Assembly (NCBI RefSeq): GCF_006345805.1
Contig: NC_042998.1
Span: 124,000,001-124,064,000 of the forward strand
DNA: 64,000 nucleotides
Source: Octopus sinensis
Lineage: Eukaryota
Direction: 5' to 3'
Every line of letters begins with the position of its first letter. Position 1 is the stretch's first letter. Of this stretch, positions 24,515-37,399 are shown piece by piece. Below the pieces are notes generated by a model. It was not told the DNA's origin and did no database searches. It saw only the letters and a program-made list of their open reading frames with translations. The translations under genes were made by a program, and so were the position numbers.

Positions 24515-25420
24515 ATGGATCAGTCTACGTATTAAGCCACAAAGTGCCTGGGATGTAGGTATGAATACAATCCTAAATATTATCACGTGGCTTCATGAAC
24601 TGGGACATCTCTAATGAAATTTCCATATAGAAATATCTAGAAGTAGTTACAATTTTGAACATGTCTTGCAGCAATGAAACTGGCATGAGGGAAATCATGT
24701 AGAATCAGTAGGAAATATTTAGTTATGCTTCCATATACAACTGTTTGACTGTAAGTAATGGTTTATACCAATGCACAGATAACTTAGGCATCTTAATATA
24801 TGCATAATATATATCTATGTAACTATAGAGACACAGGAGAATATATATGCATACATATGCTAAGAGCAGGAGAATCATCTATCCTTCCTCATTTAGACAA
24901 AGATATATGTCACTGCATACTTCTCTGGCAAACAATTGTATTAAATTATTTATATTCGAACTCGTAATTGCATACATATCTGAGACTTACAGATTTGCTC
25001 ATCACCAAGCGCTTGAGAATCGGTGTCAGTTTCTTTACGCCCAAATAACTTAGCGATTGGATAAATAGAGTATAAGTAAGAGACTTTTTAAAAGAAATAT
25101 ATTAGGGCCGATTTGTTTGCCAAAGCCCCTGAAGGTTGGGCCCCAGCATGGCTGTAGTCTTGTGACTGAAACAAGTAAATGATAAAAAACGAAAGATAAG
25201 CAGACATGTATTTTATAATCAATTTATGTTGGTTTGGTTTGAAAGTTTGGCACAAGGCTAGCAATTTCAAGGAATGGGTTGAGTTGATTGTTTCGACCCC
25301 ATTACCCTGCTGGTACTTATTTTATTGAATCCGAGATGATTAAAGGCAGTCAATCTCGCCAGAATTTGAACACAGAGTATAAAGACGAATTAAATGCCTT
25401 TTAAGCATTTCATGCCGTAT
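24515..25420. repeat. right arm of ~0.9-kb inverted duplication
   Basis: See 21215-22105. Confidence 0.85.
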
Positions 25421-25816
25421 GCTCTTACATGTTATGTATATTAATACTTGATTAGGGAGAGAGAAAGAGTGAGAGAGAGAGAGAGAGAGAGAGAAGAGAG
25501 AAAGAGAGTAAGCGAAAGCAGGAGAGATTATCCTCTGATTTCTATAATGGCTATAAAATTGTTCCATCAATTGAAGAACCGAATCTTAAATTAAAACGTA
25601 AGGTGGCTAAAGATTCCAGAGTCAAGTGTAAAGTTAACCTACTTATTAAAGTGAATCACACCACTCCGTAACACAGCTGCAATAAGACAGCCCCTTTGAA
25701 TTACAGGTAAAATCAGTTATATGGACTTCCAAATATTTTCCAACTGTTCAAAATCACTCACAAGATTATGTATGTATGTTTCATAATTTATTCTATTTTA
25801 CCATGTATTATTAAAT

Positions 25817-26595
25817 ATCCGATGGTAAGTCAAAACCTATCCGCACTTTCACCAAAATTTCCTTTAAGTTAGCCACACTGCCATCAGCAACCGCGTGTAA
25901 AAAGTTGTACTACTGTTGTTACGTAACCAAGTTTTGACCTTTATTACGCCACTTTTGTTTTTTTTTTGTTTTATGCTTTCGCGGCTGCTCCGCTGGTTGT
26001 GTATATGAGGAAGAACATAAATGATTTCTCTCGTCTGAAGGTCTGTCAGGGCTGAAATTCATCGCTGCCATTTAGTACAATATGGGAACAGCGCCTTGTT
26101 GCGTAGATGTTTGTTTATGTGGATAGAGAAATTTTAAATAAGAGTGAAGTAAGATTAGGAAACACCCCCCCCCCTCTATCAACCTCCACCACTGATATGA
26201 AGATTCAACAGGCTCAAGAAATGATTCTGGTAAAATCACTCGTATAAAATTACTTCATATAAGATCACCCGTAAATTCGGTCCGTGGTGGTGCCAAGAGA
26301 ATTTACCAAAGCGCATAAGCAAAATCGTGCTGAAATCTTTCAACGCTTATTCCACAGCTACAATGAGGATGGCGAAGCTCTTTTGGGGAAAATAGTCACA
26401 GGAAATGAGATCCGGATTCATCACTTTCGGGCAAAATCCATCAGGCATATGATGGAGTGGAAATACCCAGAATCACAAACCGAGAAGAAATTGAACACTC
26501 AAATTTCCGCAAATAAATTAATGGTATGTTTTTGCGGGGATGCAAAAAGGTGTATACCCGAATATTATGTAAAAAAAAGAGAGCCACAGTGTAGG
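25817..26595 (+). mobile_element. mariner transposon 5' fragment
   Basis: TIR-like cgatggtaagtcaaaacctatccgcact; VVPREFT (WVPREL), IVTGNEIRIHHF (IVTGDETW), KLMVCFCGD motifs. Confidence 0.8.
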
Positions 26596-26609
26596 CTGCA
26601 ATCAAATGT

Positions 26610-27850
26610 CGTCCAACAAACGGAAAGTCAACCTCGACGGAATTTGAACTCAGGACATAAACACAGGCGAAATACCTGTTTCTTTATTACTCACAAGGGG
26701 CTAAACATAGAGGGGACAAACAAGGACAGACAAACGGATTAAGTCGATCACATCAACCCCAGTGCGTAGCTGGTATTTAATTTATCGACCCCGAAAGGAT
26801 GAAAGGCAAAGTCAACCTCGGCGGAATTTGAACTCAGAACGTAACAGCAGACGAAATACGGCTACGCATTTCGCCCGGCGTGCTAACGTTTCTGCCAGAT
26901 CGCCGCCATAAAAATATTCTTTTCTACTTAAGGTACAAGGCCCGAAACTTCTGCGGAGGAGACCAGTCGATTAGATCGACCATACTGTGCAACTGGTTCT
27001 TAATTTATCAACCTCGAAATGATAAAAGACAAAGTCGACCTCAGCAGAATTTGAACTCAGAACATGAAGACAGACGAAATGCTGCTAATCATACTGAGAA
27101 AATTTTACGATATTTGCTTATGTATAACACCATTGCTTTCTATTGTAATCATCTGAATAATAAGTAGTGTGAAACTCAACTTGAAAATATAACAGAATGT
27201 AAAAACAGACGAAATACCGCTAAGCATATCACTCGGCGTGCTAACGTTTCATATTTCTTTATTGCCTACAAGGGGCTAAACATAGACGGGACAATCAAGG
27301 ATACACAAAGAGATTAAGTTGATTACATCGACTCAAGTGCGTAACTGGTACTTAAGTAATCGACCCCGAAAGGATGAAAAGCAAAGTCGAACTCGGCGGA
27401 ATTTGAACTCACTCCATGTAAGGCGGCGAGCTGGCAGAAAGGTTAGCACGCCGGGCGAAATGCGTAGCCGTATTTCGTCTGCCGTTATGTTCTGAGTTCA
27501 AATTCCGCCGAGGTTGACTTTGCCTTTCATCCTTTCGGGGTCGATAAATTAAGTACCAGTTACGCACTGGAGTCGATGTAATCGTCTTAATTTCTTTTTC
27601 TATCCTTGTTTGACCCCTCTATGTTTAAACCCTTGTAGGCAATAAAGAAATAAGAAACGTTAGCACGCCGGACGATATGCTTAGCAGTCGTTCGTCTGTT
27701 TTTACGTTCTGAGTCAAATTCCGCCGAGGTCGACTTTGCCTTTCATCCTTTGGAGTCGATAAATTAGGTACCAGTTGCGTAGTGCGGTTGATCAAATCGA
27801 CTGCCCCCTCCCCCAGAATTTCGGGCATTGTGCCTAGAGTAGAAAAGGAT
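26610..27850. mobile_element. cluster of about 7 SINE family B copies (minus-strand left, plus-strand right)
   Basis: Repeated gagttcaaattccgccgaggtcgactttgcctttcatcc blocks on both strands. Confidence 0.85.
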
Positions 27851-28011
27851 GTATTTCCTCCATATATAAACCACAAATATCAAACGTTCATATAATCAGA
27901 AACACGCGCCCGCACACATACACAGTCACACATATATATACACACACACATATATGTATATGTATTTATACATAGATACAGACATACACACACACACAAA
28001 CACACACACAC

Positions 28012-28049
<38 letters not shown>

Positions 28050-28964
28050 ATATCAGCATGTTGCGTGTATAATAATATTTAGGAAAACTGGTTATATATC
28101 AGAAATGTATGTGCAAAATGCAGAACATACAGCGAATTCCTTTAAAAATTAGCTAATGATAACTTCCCTCTCCGCCGAGAAAGAGAGAAGGGTGAGTGCG
28201 GGAAGGAGAACTACTAAATGAGTGAAGAGGGAACATTGATCGATAGACACATAATTACTGCTTCGACATTTCATGCAGAATCATGAGAGCTATGTTATGC
28301 TTTCATATACATGCATACATACATGTGCGTGTGTGTGGGTTTATGTGTATAAGAGAACAGAAAAATAATACAAATACGTACATACTTATGCAGGTGTAAA
28401 TAATACATATTATCTTATATGTGCGTGTCTATGCGTGTGTGTGTGGTGTGTGTGTGTGTGTGTATGTGTGTGTCTGTGTGTCTGTGTGTATGTGCGTGTG
28501 TGCGTGTTTAAGTGTATGTATAGACACATACACTTTGAAATAGAAGCGGCCGGCAAACACCAAGAACCACACACCCATATGCATATATGTGCGTATGTTG
28601 CATTGTATATTGGACTATATGTGTGACAGTGACGGTGTCTGTGTATGGCAATGAGTATGCTTGTATGCACGTATAAAATCGATTGAAAGTAATGACGGTA
28701 TTTACGTCTAGATGAACAGTAAACAACGCAATAGAAGAACAGGTTATCATGATGAGAAAAACGTAGACAATTTTGTAATTTGCTACGGCATCGGAGGAAA
28801 ATCACTCCCAAACAGACATATGATATGTGATTCTCTTTCACATACATAATTTCATTATTTCCACCATCTAGAGAAATCAATATGTCCATTAAATATGAAG
28901 ATATGTTTACCAAGAAACCTAATAATATATGTGTGAGTGTGTCTGTGTGTCTGTGTGTGTATCA

Positions 28965-29051
<87 letters not shown>

Positions 29052-29143
29052 TGATACACACACAGACACACAGACACACTTATATATATATATATATACG
29101 TATATATATAGATATATCTAATACGTATATATATATAGATATA

Positions 29144-29181
<38 letters not shown>

Positions 29182-30729
29182 TTTACATGTACATCTATAT
29201 ATGTGTGTTTGTTTATGTGTATATATATATATATTATATATATATATATATATATAGATAGATACTTATATATAAGATATATAAATACGTACATATATGC
29301 ATATGAATAAATATATTTATGTATATATGTATGAGTATATGAATCTGTGTCTGTGTGATATATACATATATATTTCTTCCTGACATGTATTCTTTTCTGT
29401 ACTAATTTATTTTTTATTTTTTCCAATCGATGAAAAATGGATAAGGGAACGAGGTAATGTATAGATCAAATTTAAAAGCATGTTTTTCTGTGAATGTAAT
29501 TGTGTTTGTATTTATGATTTCCTTCGTTTTTCACAGTTAAGTAGTACACACAGTGTTGTCAAACTAGAGCTGTAAATTTACTCTAAGAAGCTGATAAACA
29601 AATATCATAATACCGATGTACTAAACGCGAGAAATGTTAAATCTTGAGAAAAGCAGAATAAAATTGAATCTAGAAATAATAATTTAGTAATAAAATTTGT
29701 GTTCATTCATAGTGTTCTTCTCTTTTATTTTACTTTAATTTTTATTTCTGATTTGAAGAGTATTTGACAATAAAACTTCAATTACGTAATGCTTTTATTG
29801 TTTTTCAATATCCAAAAACCTTTAATGGCAAATAATGAACTTGAAAATAGTTTACACCTCGGATGGTGGTTGTGATGCTGTTAGTGAGTTGTCAGTGGTG
29901 GAAATTGCAGTCGCCATGATGTAAATTTTGCAACTGTGTATGTTTTTATAGTGTAATTATATGCAAGTTATTGAAATGACAGAGGCAAGGGATTGGAGAG
30001 TCATACAGTATAGGTTTATGTCATAAGTTATCATATTCTACTATTTGCATTTATATTAATAATATTATTGTTGCATTACAATGTAATCAAAAATAGAAGA
30101 AACATTCTAGCTGTGCCTGTGGTGGTTTTACACAATAAATTATTAAAGATAATTTACAGCAAAATAGCGTCAGTACAATCACGCTGATTTTTATCACTTG
30201 CATACTTTGACACACATCAAAAGTATTTTTCGTGGACTTTAAAAGAAATCTTCCTGACGCGTGATGTAATTGATTTTAGAGAGCACGTGAATACGCGATA
30301 GTAATATAGATGAATTTGAAACAGTTACAGTCGTTATCAGTTGCTCGGTCCCAAATCCCTGGCGGGTACGCTAGACGCAAAAAAGTAGTTAAACATTTTT
30401 TACTTTTTCATCAACAATCTCACAACAAACATTAGTTCGAGACATCATTTGCATAGTGATGTTGAAACAGACTTCTTGTTTTGTTAGTTTTGCGTAGCCT
30501 TCCCCAACAACAAAACAAAATGAAAAGAAATTGATATATAGTCTGGAAACAGAGATCAAGCTTTTATAAATATGACGAGTATATAGTGAAACAAAAATGA
30601 CAAATGCATATATACACACATATATATATACGTAAATTTCGAACGATGAATACGAATGCTCAACACCGCATTGGTGGATATATAATTTCTTTATGAAGTT
30701 GTTGTCAATGCTGGTATTTCTGCTGCTTA

Positions 30730-30965
30730 TAATAAGGCGGCAAGCTGGCAGAAACGTTAGCACGCCGGGCGAAATGCTTAGCGGTATTTCGTCTGCGTTA
30801 CGTTGTGAGTTCAAATTCCGCCGAGGTCGACTTTGCCTTTCATCCTTTCGGGGTCAATTGAATAAGTACCAGTTGCGCACTTGGGTCGATGTAATCGACT
30901 TAATACCTATGTCTGTCCTTGTTTGTCCCCTCTGTGTTTAGCCCCTTGTGGGTAATAAAGAAATA
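30730..30965 (+). mobile_element. SINE family B with perfect 17-bp TSD
   Basis: ggtatttctgctgctta at 30713-30729 and 30966-30982. Confidence 0.9.
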
Positions 30966-31825
30966 GGTATTTCTGCTGCTTAATGTAGCTGCCAAATGTG
31001 GCGCCTCGAGGATGAAGCAACTTCGTACGAAATTAAATAGAGAATAATAAAGCAACCGGGGTCCTACATAAACAGGAGAGGATGATACAAACTTTTCATA
31101 GTAGAGCGGGCAAGGATCCTTAAAAACTCGCTAGACCCGGATTCTCTCTTAAACTGAAGTCACAAGATCTTTAGTCCCAATCCCTTTTTCAAATGCTACC
31201 TGCTGCAGGCGTAGGATTACCCGTTCGTCGATTAGAGATGTAAAAAGTACTTGCAGACCGGAACCAGTTTCACGGCTGAGATTTCTTTTCGCCCTTTAGA
31301 TGCATAAGATTTGCCAACCGGACCAGTCTGAGGGTGATGACTTGTTCCGTTTAAGTATCAGATAGTGCATATCATTCTTTTGTTTACAAAATAACTGACC
31401 GTAACGCTTTTCTACATCCAGATTGAATAGAGATTCACAGGAATTTGTGAATATTCCAGTCTTTGGGAAGAGTAGGAGGAAGAAAAGATTAGACCCTGCT
31501 TATAATCTTCGTTTCCACCATGGATCTTTTCTTACATATCTACAGCTTTGGACATACAAATGAACACCAACAAATTTAGAAACTTTAATATCTCAAATTT
31601 TGTGTGAACATTTTGTCTTCCCTTCTTCCCTGACTAACAGAATATGTAACTATGCATTTTATTGTAGCAACACAATTAAATGTACGATAAAAAATTGAAG
31701 AAGTAGGCACCTGCCAATACATACATACTGCTCAACTACACAAACTGTAAACCACAGCAAAACTTTAAAGAAGAAAAAAAAAATTCCAAAAGAAAAAGAA
31801 ATTCAGAAATTCAAAATTAAAAAGT

Positions 31826-33317
31826 CATGGATGAATTCAAACTTTATAGTAAAGATGAAGCCCAAGTCAGTTCCCTCGTTGATACGGTGTATACCTTCAG
31901 TGTTGATATCGGAATGGAGTTCGGACTTGGAAAGTGTAGTGTGTTAGTCTTGAAGAGAGGTAAAATCAAATGTATGGACGGGCTAACGATACTGTCGGGG
32001 GAAGTTATGAAGCGGATAGAAGAGACGGGCTATAAGTACTTGTGGATTTTGGAAATGGATAAATTGAGGGAGAAAGAAATGAAAGAAATAGTTAAGGTGG
32101 ACTACTTGCACAAACTGAGACTGATCCTAAAGTCGAAATTAAACGGAGAGAATAAGATCGAAGCTATCAACACCTCGGCGGTTTCACTCTTTAGATATGG
32201 TGCAGTGGTTCTCGCATAGACAGTAAACAGCTTAGACAGAAAGACAAGGAAGTTGCTAACTAGATATGGGTCACTCCACCCAAAAAGTGACACAGACAGA
32301 ATCTATGTACCAAGAAAATGAATCAGTTAGAAGCGAATCAGTTACATGCGAACACTGCATTAGATCAGAAACAAAAACATAGCATGGTATGCCACAGAAC
32401 TGATATTACTAAAAGTAAGAAGGTAAGGCTTGTGTAGGATGAAAGATTGCAAAGATAAAGCACCATACAAGAATTTGAAAACGAATGTAACTGAAAATAG
32501 GTGGGTAAAGAAAAGAATGCATGGCCAATTTCATAGGGAGACAGAGAAAAAAAGATGGTTGTGGATGACTAAAAGTGATTTAAAACCGAAAACGGAGGCT
32601 CTAATCTGTGCTGCCAAAGAGCATGCACTAAAATCAAACTACATAAAATATAGAATAGACAACACAGCAGAAAGTGATAAGTGCAGAATCTGTGGACAAA
32701 ATGGTGAAACCCTATGGCATATGTACGCCACTAGCCTAGAAGGAGTATAAGAGACGCCACGACAATATAGCCAGGCTTGTGAATTGGAAACTTCGCAACA
32801 AATATGGACTTGACAGAGCAAAAACTTGGTACGACCACAAACCTGAAGGCATCGTTGAAAATGGAAATGAAAAGATCTTATGGGATTTTATGATTCAGTG
32901 CGAGCATGAGATAGAGAATAAGAAACCGGACACAGTCATAATTGAGAAAGAAAACAAACTACTCTGGATCATAGATATAGCATGCCAAGCTTACAACAAG
33001 GTATGCGATAAGGAAGAAAGAAACGTTGAGAGACATGACAGGTAGCTTGGAAAGTTAAGCAGTTGTGATCGATGAAAAAGGTAGCAGTAGTACCAATAAT
33101 GGTCGGAGTCCCTAGGAACAGTGAACAAAAATCTCGAGAAGTACGTGGAACAAATAGGAGCTGTAATAAGGGTGAAACACTTGCAGAAAACAGCACTGTT
33201 TGGAACAGCTCGAATACTCCGGAATGTGCTCGAAAAATAACAGGTGTTACCTTAGTCCACTGGTAGTGAACAGCTGACACTGTAATACATCTCCAGCGTT
33301 AGAAGCTGTGCAAAGGC
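31826..33317 (+). mobile_element. R4/Dong-clade non-LTR retrotransposon, 5'-truncated (subfamily 1)
   Basis: MDEFKLYSKD (YMDDLKL), KIEAINT, DRIYVPRK, EALICAAKE, CRICG..GETLWH knuckle, ILWDF, KPD..IIDIA restriction-like endonuclease; ends in (TAA)n. Confidence 0.8.
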
Positions 33318-33354
<37 letters not shown>

Positions 33355-33398
33355 TAATAATAATAATGATGATGATGATGATGATGATGATGAGGATG

Positions 33399-33430
<32 letters not shown>

Positions 33431-33455
33431 AATAATAATAATAATAATAATAATA

Positions 33456-33499
<44 letters not shown>
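33318..33499. repeat. (TAA)n(TGA)n(TAA)n microsatellite
   Basis: Direct reading. Confidence 0.95.
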
Positions 33500-34049
33500 G
33501 TCGTGTTACAGTACCAGGTAGTGGACCTCATGTCTTCTGATCTTTACTGATTGGAAGATTAGAAGTGTTATCGTGTAGATTGTTTTCTTCTTGGTACAAA
33601 TGATGGGAAACAGCAAATATTCTGCTCAATACCTCAGTTTTTCTTGTCTGTTACTTGACCTTAATCGGTTGAGCATGTCCCTTAGTGGCTGACGATATGT
33701 ACATCTGTGATCACGAGTAGGAGTAGTGGGGGAGCATCATAGCCATGTGTTGAGAGGAATTTGGGGGGTTTGTATAATTCACCTCTGGAAACATGGCTGT
33801 TTCGTTTAACATTCTTAAAAAACCCTCATATAAGTACATTTTGAGCGGGATGGGCTACTCAACCTGAAGAATATTCTAACTGGGCCCCACCTGCAAGGTT
33901 ATGTGCTGTGTATCTTGATATGCGATCACCAAGTCGCACACATATGTTTGTGATGCATGTGCCTGGTGTTCCCTTATCAGACGGGTATACTGGGCTTCGT
34001 ATATTTGTACCCCAATGTCACTTTGATGGCATTTACTGATCTCTCACTC
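33500..34049 (+). mobile_element. non-coding interspersed element embedded in (TAA)n
   Basis: GC-richer 550-bp block bounded on both sides by TAA runs; ends ctctcactc-aataataat; no ORF. Confidence 0.5.
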
Positions 34050-34088
<39 letters not shown>

Positions 34089-34099
34089 TAATAATAATA

Positions 34100-34130
<31 letters not shown>

Positions 34131-34701
34131 GTTGGAACCTACATACATTGGAAGCTATGCCAACATTATGGAATAACAACAGAAAAAAGATGGTATAGGC
34201 ACACACCAGAAAAGGTCACAGAAAACGAGAAAGCAACCATACTCTGGGATATGCCGATACACACAGATAGAGAAATTAAGGCCAACAGACCAGATATAGT
34301 TGTCAGAGATCATGAAGAAAAAAAATGCTTTCTAATTGATGTATCAATACCGGCAGATGACAACGTGTCTCTAAAAGAAGTGGAGAAACTCTCAAAATAC
34401 AAAGACCTGGAAATAGAGGTAACTAGAATATGGAATCTGAAAACAGAAACATTTCCTATCATAGTAGGTGCATTAGGCATGATAAAAAAATATTCAGACA
34501 AATACATAACAAAAACACCAGGACTTACAAACACATATAACATACAGAAAATTGCACTACTAGGCACTGCACACATCCTACGCAGAACACTTTCCATACA
34601 ATAACCATCAGAGCATCACAACAAATCACAGCACATACCCAAGGCACACAGAGCTGCGCTCGGTAGTGAAATGAAAGCACGCTATAAAAATAAAACTACT
34701 G
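34131..34701 (+). mobile_element. R4/Dong-clade 3' fragment (subfamily 2)
   Basis: LWDMPIHTDREIKANRPDIVV...CFLIDVSIPADDNVSLKEVEKLSKYKDLEIE...IIVGALG; distinct 3' UTR then (TAA)n. Confidence 0.85.
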
Positions 34702-34767
34702 AATAATAATAATAATAATAGTAATAATAATAATAATAACAACAACAACAACAACAACAACAACAAC

Positions 34768-36658
34768 TATAGACTATAAAAAAGCTTTTCATAGCCTACC
34801 ACATAGGTGGATTAAGAAATGCCTGCAAATGTATAAAATAGCGCCTACCCTGTATATAAGTATGAGATCATGGAGAACTACATTAACTTTGAATAGCGAC
34901 AATTAATCTCTAAATGCTGGTGATGTAAAAATTTCATATGGCATTTTCCAGGGTGACTCACTCTCACCACTCCTCTTTTGTTTAGCCTTAATACTTCTCT
35001 CAAAACTGCTCAATGATGCATAGTATGGTTATAAAATGTTTGATAATAATATAAATCATCTCATTTACATGGATGATTTAAAGCTCTTTGCAAAAAATGA
35101 CCAACAACTCGAGGGCTTACTAGCGATTGTTAAACAATTCAGTGATGACATCAGAATGCAATTTGGCCTCGATAAATGTTCAAAAGCTACAAAGGAAAAA
35201 TAACAGAAACATCTAATGTTAACCTTGACCAGCAGAATGTCATAAAAGAGTTAGACCCCGGCGGAGAGCTAAAAGTACCTAGCGGTAATAGAAGGGGACG
35301 GAATAAGGCATTCAGTGATGAAGGAAAGGATCAGGAGAGAATGTTATCGCAGCGTAAGAGCAATACTCAAGACAGAGCTGAATGCGAGAAACAGGATCGA
35401 AGCGATCAATGCTTTAGCCATACCAGTCGTGACTTATAGTGTCAATATCGTTAACTGGTCAATTAGTGAAATATGTAATCTTGACAGAAAAATACGAAAA
35501 CTGTTGACAATCATAGAATGCACCACCCTAAGGCATAGAACGATTTTATCTGCCAAGAAAAGAGGGAGGCAATAACAACTAGCAATAACAATGAAAATTG
35601 CCACAATTGGCCTAGACACCTACCTGAAAATCTCTGAGGACTGGATGTTAAAACTTGTATCAAAACATGAAAACAAGAAAGCATCATACTCAGTACCAAA
35701 ACAGGCAAATGAATATTTGTGAATTCCGAATACAACCAATTTCGGAATTAGACACACAAGAAACAAGCGCAGAAATAGCTAAGCGCATGAAAACCCGTGC
35801 TAAAACTGCTGCCTTAGATATTCTGAATGATAAATGGCAAGAAAAACCTCTCAATGGCAAATACCTAGAGAGAGTGAATAATGCATATGTTGACATAGCC
35901 CTGACCCATCAATGGCTAATGGCCTCTGGCTTAAAATCTGAAAGAGAAGGGTTTATCATAGCAGCTCAAGATCAATACCTACCTACAAGGAACTACTAGA
36001 CCAACATATTTAAGAACGGCAGTAGCCCAACATGCGGTGTATGTCAGCTACAAAATGAAACCATTGATCATGATGTCTCCAAGTGCAATCTTCTTGCGCC
36101 TACAGAGTATCTCAACAGGCTTCACAATATATTCACTGGGTAATTTGCAAAAGCCTGGACTTGCCCCATAATAAAAACTGGTGGGAACACAAGCCACCTC
36201 CAATGCTTGAAAATGATCACATCTCACTCTGGAACGTCACCATTCAAACTGACAGAAAGATACATGCGAATAGGCTAGATATCATATTGAAAGACTTCAG
36301 ACAAAAACCATGCCTCCTCATTGATATGACTGTCCCAATCGATATAAACGTATCTATCAAGACTTAGCAAAAACTGAGAAAATATAAAGATCTTGAAATA
36401 GAAATTAGCAAAATGTGGAACCTGAAAACTAAAAACAATACCTGTCGTCATAGGTGTCCCGGGAATGATAGCAAAAGGGGCTGATTGCTACCTAGCTCAG
36501 ATACCAGGAAACCCCAAAATGGCAGAAATTCAAAAGATAGTGCTCATGAGAACTGTTGATATCCTACGCAAAATGCTTTCTATTGAATCTCAAGTTTTAA
36601 AGCAAACAATTTTCTTATGGTTTCTTAAAAATTTCTCATTCCTAAAATATTTATCTAT
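34768..36658 (+). mobile_element. R4/Dong-clade fragment with RT and REL endonuclease (subfamily 3)
   Basis: IDYKKAF, GIFQGDSLSPLLFCLAL, YMDDLKLFAKND, SEREGFIIAAQDQ, C.VC...NETIDH, LDIILKD..ID motifs. Confidence 0.85.
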
Positions 36659-36659
36659 G

Positions 36660-36745
36660 TTATTATTATTATCATTATTATTATTATTATTATTGTTGTT
36701 ATTCAGGTCATTATTAAGGCCAGTGCTTTTAACCACTACGCTATA
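36660..36745 (-). mobile_element. SINE family C head fragment
   Basis: Minus strand tagcgtagtggttaaagcactggcc...gacctgaataacaacaataat matches the head at 3330-3410. Confidence 0.55.
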
Positions 36746-36789
36746 TGCCCGTGAGCAATTATGGAGTAAATTTTAGGGCTTATAAATTT

Positions 36790-37284
36790 AATATTTTTCT
36801 ATCCTTCCTTAATACCGGTTCCTATATGCTGTTCATATCTGCACTCGGTCTACTTAGGGGGTTGTTGTATCCTAGTATATGTGCTGCTTCTTTTAGTTTT
36901 CGTATTTTCCAGTGGTGTTCTCTTTCTGTTATTTTAACTTCAACCCACAGGGGGAGGTGGTCTCCATTTTTCCATACATGATCAGCTCTACCCGATTTAT
37001 CAATACCTCCCCGTGTCATAGTTCTGCAATATTCTTCTACCCTTATATTGAGTTGGCGGCATATTTCGCCTTTGTATAACCTTCCACAGCTGCATGGGAT
37101 GGAGTACAGGCGGTTTTCTGGTCATATTCACTTCTATCGGTGGTTTTACTCGAAGGAAATATTTTCGAAATGTGTACCCCTTCGAGTAAAACCACCGAGA
37201 GAATATGACCAAAAACTGCGTGTACTCCATCCCGTGCTAATCTGGTAGGTTATACAAAGGCGAAACATGCCGCCCGCTCAAAAT
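36790..37284 (-). mobile_element. Penelope-like GIY-YIG endonuclease fragment ending in a foldback
   Basis: LYSIPCSCGRLYKGEICRQL.IR.EE...KSGRADHVW...HHWKIRKLKEAAHI; 37045-37156 is inverted at 37179-37284. Confidence 0.8.
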
Positions 37285-37399
37285 ACTGATATTTCCTTAG
37301 TAAAATGCTTGAGAGAGGAACGAGAGAATCTGACATTATGCTAAATAATAGTCATGGTTTAGACAGATTCAAGAAACTAATTAGTCAAAGAGATAAGTT

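Noticed and set aside
29385-29460. Branch point plus pyrimidine tract plus GAG|GTAATG donor
   Set aside because: No AG acceptor follows the tract.
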